A stretch of DNA of 31,197 bases from Oligoflexia bacterium. Its GTDB lineage: Bacteria; Bdellovibrionota; UBA1018; CAIMNF01. The notes below the pieces were generated by a model. It made no database searches. It saw nothing but the letters and a program-made list of their open reading frames with translations, and was not told the origin of the DNA. A program made the translations under genes and the position numbers. Below, piece by piece: positions 27,299-31,197 of this stretch. Each line of letters starts with the position of its first letter. Within the stretch, counting starts at the first letter, position 1. The DNA lies in the NCBI GenBank assembly GCA_903842755.1, contig CAIMNF010000509.1, forward strand, positions 1-31,197, given 5' to 3'.

Positions 27299-27667
27299 AT
27301 GATAAAAGCTACTTTGCTTATTAGGCTATGTATTGCAGCATTTTTTTCTTGTCTTCTGATTCAAAGCATTGGTCAAGCTTGGTTCGCTAACTGTACATTT
27401 TGGGGCCGAAACATAGGATGGCAAACTGAAATTTCAATTTGGAATCTTGGAATGGCTTTAGTTCTTCTTCCTATAAGTCGTAGTGAAGAATTCTCAAGAA
27501 AAGTACTGCCTGGCTTGATGGTCTTATCTTTATCTTTTGGAATAAATCATATCTTAGCGTTCAGTAGTGCCGGTCATTTTATGTTAGGTAACTTAATGGG
27601 GTTCGCCAGCAATTTTTTGATGGTTGCTCTTGGAGTAATTGCACTTTCGAACGGAAAAAAGTTTTAA
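27299..27667 (+). CDS. Small multi-TM membrane protein (possibly DUF6790-like)
   Basis: 122 aa with about four hydrophobic segments, GWQTEI..WNLG and GINHI. AGGAGA RBS-like sequence upstream. Confidence 0.55.
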   Translation: MIKATLLIRLCIAAFFSCLLIQSIGQAWFANCTFWGRNIGWQTEISIWNLGMALVLLPISRSEEFSRKVLPGLMVLSLSFGINHILAFSSAGHFMLGNLMGFASNFLMVALGVIALSNGKKF

Positions 27668-27714
27668 TTGAAAAAACAATTAAACTCAAACTCGCTGCTA
27701 TTAAAGCGCGTCTC

Positions 27715-27933
27715 ATGATGTGACTTCAATTCGCTCTTGCGTTTGGTATTTTAGTTGGTTTTGCCAACAAAGCCGCTTTTGGCGTTTCCGAAAATCTATA
27801 CAAAACCGTCGGGGCCATTTTCTTTATTCCTGCAGCAGCACTTTTTATCCGATCATTGTTCGCACTTGGTGAATCTCTGACACCCGATCCAGTTCGAAAG
27901 GCGAACGCTATATGGAATTTAGAATCTAGGTAA
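27715..27933 (+). pseudogene. Fragment of an isoprenylcysteine carboxyl methyltransferase (ICMT/PEMT)-like membrane protein
   Basis: Frame reads MM*LQFALAF...GAIFFIPAAALFIRSLFALGESLTPDPVRK...*. TGA sits at a likely Trp codon, and the frame truncates before the usual G.Y...RHP motif. Confidence 0.5.
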
Positions 27934-27940
27934 GGCAAAG

Positions 27941-28165
27941 CTAAACTGATTTGACTTGCTTTATTTTTAACTTTTTACAAAACTGATCAGGCGTCATCAT
28001 TTCAATGCCCGAAACCTTCTTGTGCTTCAAAAGCCCCTTATCCTCGCTCATGATGGCAAGAAACTGTCCTGTGATCCAAGCCTGAATGATCTTTTGCGGT
28101 GTCCCACCAGCAACGAGTGCACTGACTACAACGTTCGTATCAACGACTGCTCTTTTTAAGCTCAC
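27941..28165 (-). pseudogene. PIN-domain (VapC/PIN_3-like) toxin with a large in-frame internal deletion
   Basis: RAVVDTNVVVSAL...G.F.AIMS joins directly to EDKGLL....SGIEMMTP.QF, giving ~74 aa against the ~130-140 typical of the family. Confidence 0.75.
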
Positions 28166-28394
28166 GCCTGACGTTCTTTTGAATCTTGAGTGCATTACCC
28201 ATCGCAGCTTTTGCGGTCAGACCGGCTTTCTTGGCATCTGATTTAACTTCAGCTAAAATAGAGAGCGCATCTTTTTGTTCATGCGAAAAAGTCTGACACA
28301 TTTCCTGAACTCCACGCCGAATCAACTCAGCCATTGAAACGCTTTGGATAAAAGGGGCCGGTGGGAGTTGAGCCCACGTCCAAAAATGGTCCAT
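28140..28394 (-). pseudogene. RHH/CopG-type antitoxin, apparently 5'-disrupted
   Basis: VSMAELIRRGV matches RHH helix B, but the expected N-terminal strand and helix A are not recognisable. Its stop overlaps the PIN gene start. Confidence 0.55.
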
Positions 28395-28464
28395 CGCTAA
28401 ATTCTACATGCTTAGTAATCCATCCATTCAAAATACGTAAAAAGTTCAAGAGGATCAATGCAAT

Positions 28465-28504
28465 GCTATTATCGAAAAAGTCGACCTCTTAAATGTCGAA
28501 TTTT
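28465..28504 (-). repeat. Site R: inverted copy of site L with a different 7 bp spacer
   Basis: Plus strand reads GCTATTAT-CGAAAAAGTCGACC-TCTTAAA-TGTCGAATTTT. Confidence 0.8.
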
Positions 28505-28579
28505 CGAAAAGCTCAGATTGTTTCTGATCGCAGTTTTTTATTAATGAAAGATATCGTTGAAAAAAATAATGGCTGCAAC

Positions 28580-28600
28580 TTTTACGATGGGATCGTAAAA
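28580..28600. repeat. Perfect 9-3-9 palindrome
   Basis: TTTTACGAT-GGG-ATCGTAAAA. Confidence 0.85.
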
Positions 28601-28601
28601 G

Positions 28602-28730
28602 CGCCAAACTTCCACATTTCCTTTTTCGCTAAGTCGCACAAGCCGATCCGAGTAAGGTGTAGCGGTAGCTACTCCGCACGAGGTGAGGCGCAGTAAGACG
28701 ACGCGAAAAAGGAAATGTGGAAGTTTGGCG
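28602..28730. repeat. Perfect 28 bp inverted repeat enclosing 73 nt
   Basis: CGCCAAACTTCCACATTTCCTTTTTCGC (28602-28629) is the exact reverse complement of 28703-28730. Confidence 0.95.
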
Positions 28731-28772
28731 GTATCGACCAGAATCAAGTAATTTCGCTACTTTAACCCCCGT

Positions 28773-28793
28773 CTTGTCCTATTATAGGACAAG
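28773..28793. repeat. Perfect 9-3-9 palindrome
   Basis: CTTGTCCTA-TTA-TAGGACAAG, 25 bp past the integrase stop. Confidence 0.85.
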
Positions 28794-28817
28794 CTCGTGC
28801 GTTATTACAATAATTTT

Positions 28818-30032
28818 CTAGTCCCCCTTCTTAATTTTAAAGTCGATCATATTTACAATTTTTTCCATCACAGCAGAATCAGTAGGGATAAAACGAAGCG
28901 CTTCTGTTGCTCCGGCTTCTTCGATCCCTGCCATTCGAATATATCTTTGCATGGTTTTCATGTCTTTCCATCCAGCAATTTTCATTACTACTGTTGCAGG
29001 AATTCCCGCAGATATCAATTGCGTAGCGAAGCACGCCCGCAATGTATGAAAACGAATTGATGGAAGTTGATTTGATACGCAAAAGCCCCTTAAGAGCGCT
29101 GCTTGATTGCCCGATACCCACTCAGTGAAGTGGGGAAGTAAATAATCATCCGTATTTAAAGATTCAATTTTAAGTTCGTAAGTAAAAAACCAATATAATT
29201 CACTCGAAATGGGCACTGTCCGCCAGTATCCCGCCTTAGTGGGTCCAACACGTTTCAGACGTGAGTTCCAGTTTCTTCTGACTCTGATAAAGCCATAGCG
29301 TCGATTGTGGAAGGGGAGTTCATCTTGTTTCTTTGCATCATCTAAAGAAATCATTTCAACATCACCGCGCTTGAGTTCCAGCAACTCCCCGCTTCTACAA
29401 CCCGTGAAAACTGCGACGACCCAAATTGGGTACCAAGGATTTTCCTGTTCTTTCGCTTTCCGAAGGAGTGTGCGAATTTCTTCCAAATTTAATATTTCAG
29501 GTATTTTTTCAACCTTGTCACTTTCAAGCTCTACGCCCCGGACAGGGGTATCCAAAACTCCTTGAATGATTCTTTCCTCAATTCCCCAGTTGTAAATTAA
29601 ATTGATCACGCTTTTAAGGTTTTTAACGAATTGATGTCCTTTTCCTTCAAGTTTTGCCTTCGTGAGAATATCTCGACCATCCCCACGGTTGATTTCTGAA
29701 GCGGGTCTATCTAACCACGGAGCAGTGTATCTTTGCGCTCTTGCAGCATAGTCATTAATGGTAGTTCCTGAATAATGTCCAGCTGAGTAAAGTTCCTGAT
29801 GCCGTTGCCAGCGATTAATCACGTCTTTCCATTTAATGCCCGTTGATTCAAGAAGAAGTAGTTTTTCGCTAAGGTTACGAAAAAGCTTCTTTTCCTCGCT
29901 AATGGCAGCTTTTTCAGATTCAATTCCATTAATCCGTTTTTGTACACGAATAGAGCGGTCTTTTCGACTTCGTAGATCAACATAAACCTGCCAGAAGGTT
30001 TTGCCGTCTTTTTCGTACTTTGAAATTGCCAT
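28818..30032 (-). CDS. int: Tyrosine recombinase/integrase (three-domain type with an N-terminal arm-binding-like region)
   Basis: TGCRSGEL (Arg), TKAG (Lys), FHTLRACFAT (HxxR), AGWKD (Trp at the His/Trp position) and MQRY (Tyr). GAGGAG RBS. Confidence 0.95.
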   Translation of the reverse strand: MAISKYEKDGKTFWQVYVDLRSRKDRSIRVQKRINGIESEKAAISEEKKLFRNLSEKLLLLESTGIKWKDVINRWQRHQELYSAGHYSGTTINDYAARAQRYTAPWLDRPASEINRGDGRDILTKAKLEGKGHQFVKNLKSVINLIYNWGIEERIIQGVLDTPVRGVELESDKVEKIPEILNLEEIRTLLRKAKEQENPWYPIWVVAVFTGCRSGELLELKRGDVEMISLDDAKKQDELPFHNRRYGFIRVRRNWNSRLKRVGPTKAGYWRTVPISSELYWFFTYELKIESLNTDDYLLPHFTEWVSGNQAALLRGFCVSNQLPSIRFHTLRACFATQLISAGIPATVVMKIAGWKDMKTMQRYIRMAGIEEAGATEALRFIPTDSAVMEKIVNMIDFKIKKGD

Positions 30033-30044
30033 GAATTCTCCTCG

Positions 30045-30272
30045 TTAAAATAATGAGGATTCAAGAAGTCTATCGAGTTCGATTCTGCGAAAGTAAAGTC
30101 GCCTATGAAACTTTCTAGGCCGAATATAACCCCTAAAAACCATGATTCTTAGGGCATTTACTGTCTTTCGTAGATATTTTGCAGCATCTTTTGAATCAAA
30201 CCATGTCATTTTATCAAAGTTTTCATCAAAAATTTCCTGATCAGTCGCAAGTTCCATTGTACTCATTTTCAA
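30045..30272 (-). CDS. Excisionase-like HTH_17 / recombination directionality factor
   Basis: WFDSKDAAKYLRKT..ALR....RG.I....F..RLYFRR.ELDRLL, directly upstream of int. Confidence 0.8.
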   Translation of the reverse strand: MKMSTMELATDQEIFDENFDKMTWFDSKDAAKYLRKTVNALRIMVFRGYIRPRKFHRRLYFRRIELDRLLESSLF

Positions 30273-30297
30273 ATCCTTTCAAAGTAATTTCTTAAAC

Positions 30298-30645
30298 TTA
30301 GGCTTTTCCAGATTGACCACTTGCCAGAAGCAGCCCGATGAACTCATCTTTAGAGATTTTTCCATGTTTCGAGCAGTACTCTTTGTACTTAAGTTCCATG
30401 CGGTCACGATTTGACAGGGATTGCTCTTTTAGTTGTTCAAGTAGCTCTGGTTTGATAAGCGAAATTGCCAATTGAACATAGTCATCAACGGTAAGCTTTC
30501 TTCCAAAATCCTTTTTATTGAGTTGCGCAAGATCGGTAAGGATCTTCTTTTTGGTTTCTCGGCGTACTCTGACATTATCAGTTCTCACCAGCTTAGCTTT
30601 TTTTGCCGATGAGGTTAGGGTATTGTTTTGTGTTTCGGTGCTCAT
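30298..30645 (-). CDS. Hypothetical DNA-binding protein, RHH-like
   Basis: NVRVRRETKKKI strand-helix pattern followed by TVDDYVQLAI. GGAGG RBS. Co-oriented with xis-int. Confidence 0.55.
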   Translation of the reverse strand: MSTETQNNTLTSSAKKAKLVRTDNVRVRRETKKKILTDLAQLNKKDFGRKLTVDDYVQLAISLIKPELLEQLKEQSLSNRDRMELKYKEYCSKHGKISKDEFIGLLLASGQSGKA

Positions 30646-30662
30646 TTATGCCTCCAGTAGTT

Positions 30663-30685
30663 TTACCTCGAATTTACCGAGGTAA
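30663..30685. promoter_or_regulatory. Operator-like palindrome upstream of the RHH-xis-int genes
   Basis: TTACCTCG-AATTTAC-CGAGGTAA, about 18 bp upstream of the 30645 start codon. Confidence 0.5.
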
Positions 30686-30693
30686 GTTGTTTG

Positions 30694-31197
30694 TTAAAGA
30701 TTAAGTGATCGTCCTTGATCCATGGTTTTTGAAGTTGATAATTCTTTTGCTTGTATTGGTTCCCAAAGCAATTCCGTTTCTATTGCAAATGGATCGAGCG
30801 AATTTTTAAGTTCTTGCATGAAGGTTAAAATTTCAGGGCAGTTACGATTGGAAGTATTAGAGATGACGGAAAGCTTTTTAAGTTGTGGCTGTCTTGCCAC
30901 CATTTGGTGGATCATTTCAATATTTGGTTCAAAAAGTGCTGCGACGGAGAGGTGTGATTTTTGTGTGATGGCTTGTGGTGCTTGTTTGAGAATTTGTTTT
31001 GGCTCTAGAAATAGTTTTATTTCAGTTGATTTCTTTGCTGGTTCGACAAATAGGTTTTTTACATGACCACTTTTTGACCTCTGAAACTGCCCGTTCTGTT
31101 TTTTTGAATATTCAATAAATCCATCCCTTTCGTTGTTAAGAAGAAACTTGATCGCGCCGCTATTTGAAACAGACACTCGCTGTTGTTTGAAGAGTTC
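30694..31197 (-). CDS. C-terminal part of an unknown island protein (possibly a replication initiator)
   Basis: The frame stays open from the track's GTG at 31176 to the window edge (ELFKQQRVSV...), so the true start is outside. Function inferred only from position. Confidence 0.5.
   Translation of the reverse strand, partial: ELFKQQRVSVSNSGAIKFLLNNERDGFIEYSKKQNGQFQRSKSGHVKNLFVEPAKKSTEIKLFLEPKQILKQAPQAITQKSHLSVAALFEPNIEMIHQMVARQPQLKKLSVISNTSNRNCPEILTFMQELKNSLDPFAIETELLWEPIQAKELSTSKTMDQGRSLNL

Larger units (their letters stand above)
26913..31197. mobile_element. Decaying integrative element or island (right end outside the window; left boundary uncertain)
   Basis: Tyrosine integrase, excisionase, TA remnants, pseudogenes, a tRNA 3' fragment and multiple inverted repeats. 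Looks more AT-rich than the core genes by eye. Confidence 0.75.

Noticed and set aside
27726-27938. 70 aa minus-strand ORF
   Set aside because: It is antisense to the ICMT-like pseudogene frame and has no motifs.
28602-28730. Retron msr-msd, twister or hammerhead ribozyme, or MITE
   Set aside because: No reverse transcriptase is in the window, the conserved ribozyme cores are not matched, and there is no target-site duplication. It is kept only as an unexplained structure.
28726-28757. Minus-strand sequence ending ...ATACCGCCA as a tRNA/tmRNA 3' end (att site)
   Set aside because: There is no TTCRANT loop or T-stem at the required spacing, and the CGCCA is part of the 28 bp repeat arm.
28493-29121. 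Short ORFs 28493-28696, 28541-28747, 28797-29060 and 28879-29121
   Set aside because: They cross the inverted-repeat tract or overlap int and show no coding signal.
30675-30685. Bdellovibrio-type LexA box (recalled as TTAC-N3-GTAA)
   Set aside because: The spacing here is N4 (TTAC-CGAG-GTAA).
1-31197. CRISPR array, rRNA or a complete defence system
   Set aside because: I saw no regularly spaced repeats, rRNA-like tracts or recognisable defence genes beyond the broken TA pair.

Overview
A bacterial chromosomal window, probably Bdellovibrionota/Oligoflexia-like (inferred from gene content only). Bases 1-8.1 kb hold a run of secreted or surface proteins: an alpha/beta hydrolase cut by the window edge and missing from the ORF track, a CARDB protein with a T9SS-like C-terminal tail, a Cys-His-Asp protease-like protein, a beta-barrel protein, and a DUF2844/DUF3443 pair. 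Next come eukaryote-type nrdB-nrdA and a Cpe/LpqF-like serine hydrolase. A candidate divalent-metal uptake cluster follows (His-rich protein, TonB-dependent receptor, exbB-exbD-tonB, ZIP transporter), then a CPBP protease, GH13 amylase, trypsin-like protease, radD, a gmhB-like phosphatase and DUF1428. From about 26.9 kb to the end is a decaying mobile region: a transposase remnant, a tRNA-Ser 3' fragment, a broken PIN/RHH toxin-antitoxin pair, and a tyrosine integrase, excisionase and RHH-like module. The most unusual signals are non-coding. Two inverted 11-7-11 recombination-site-like motifs bound a ~1.3 kb cargo segment, and a palindrome-dense tract with a perfect 28 bp inverted repeat lies just downstream of the integrase. 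All family assignments come from motif recognition by eye; no searches were run.
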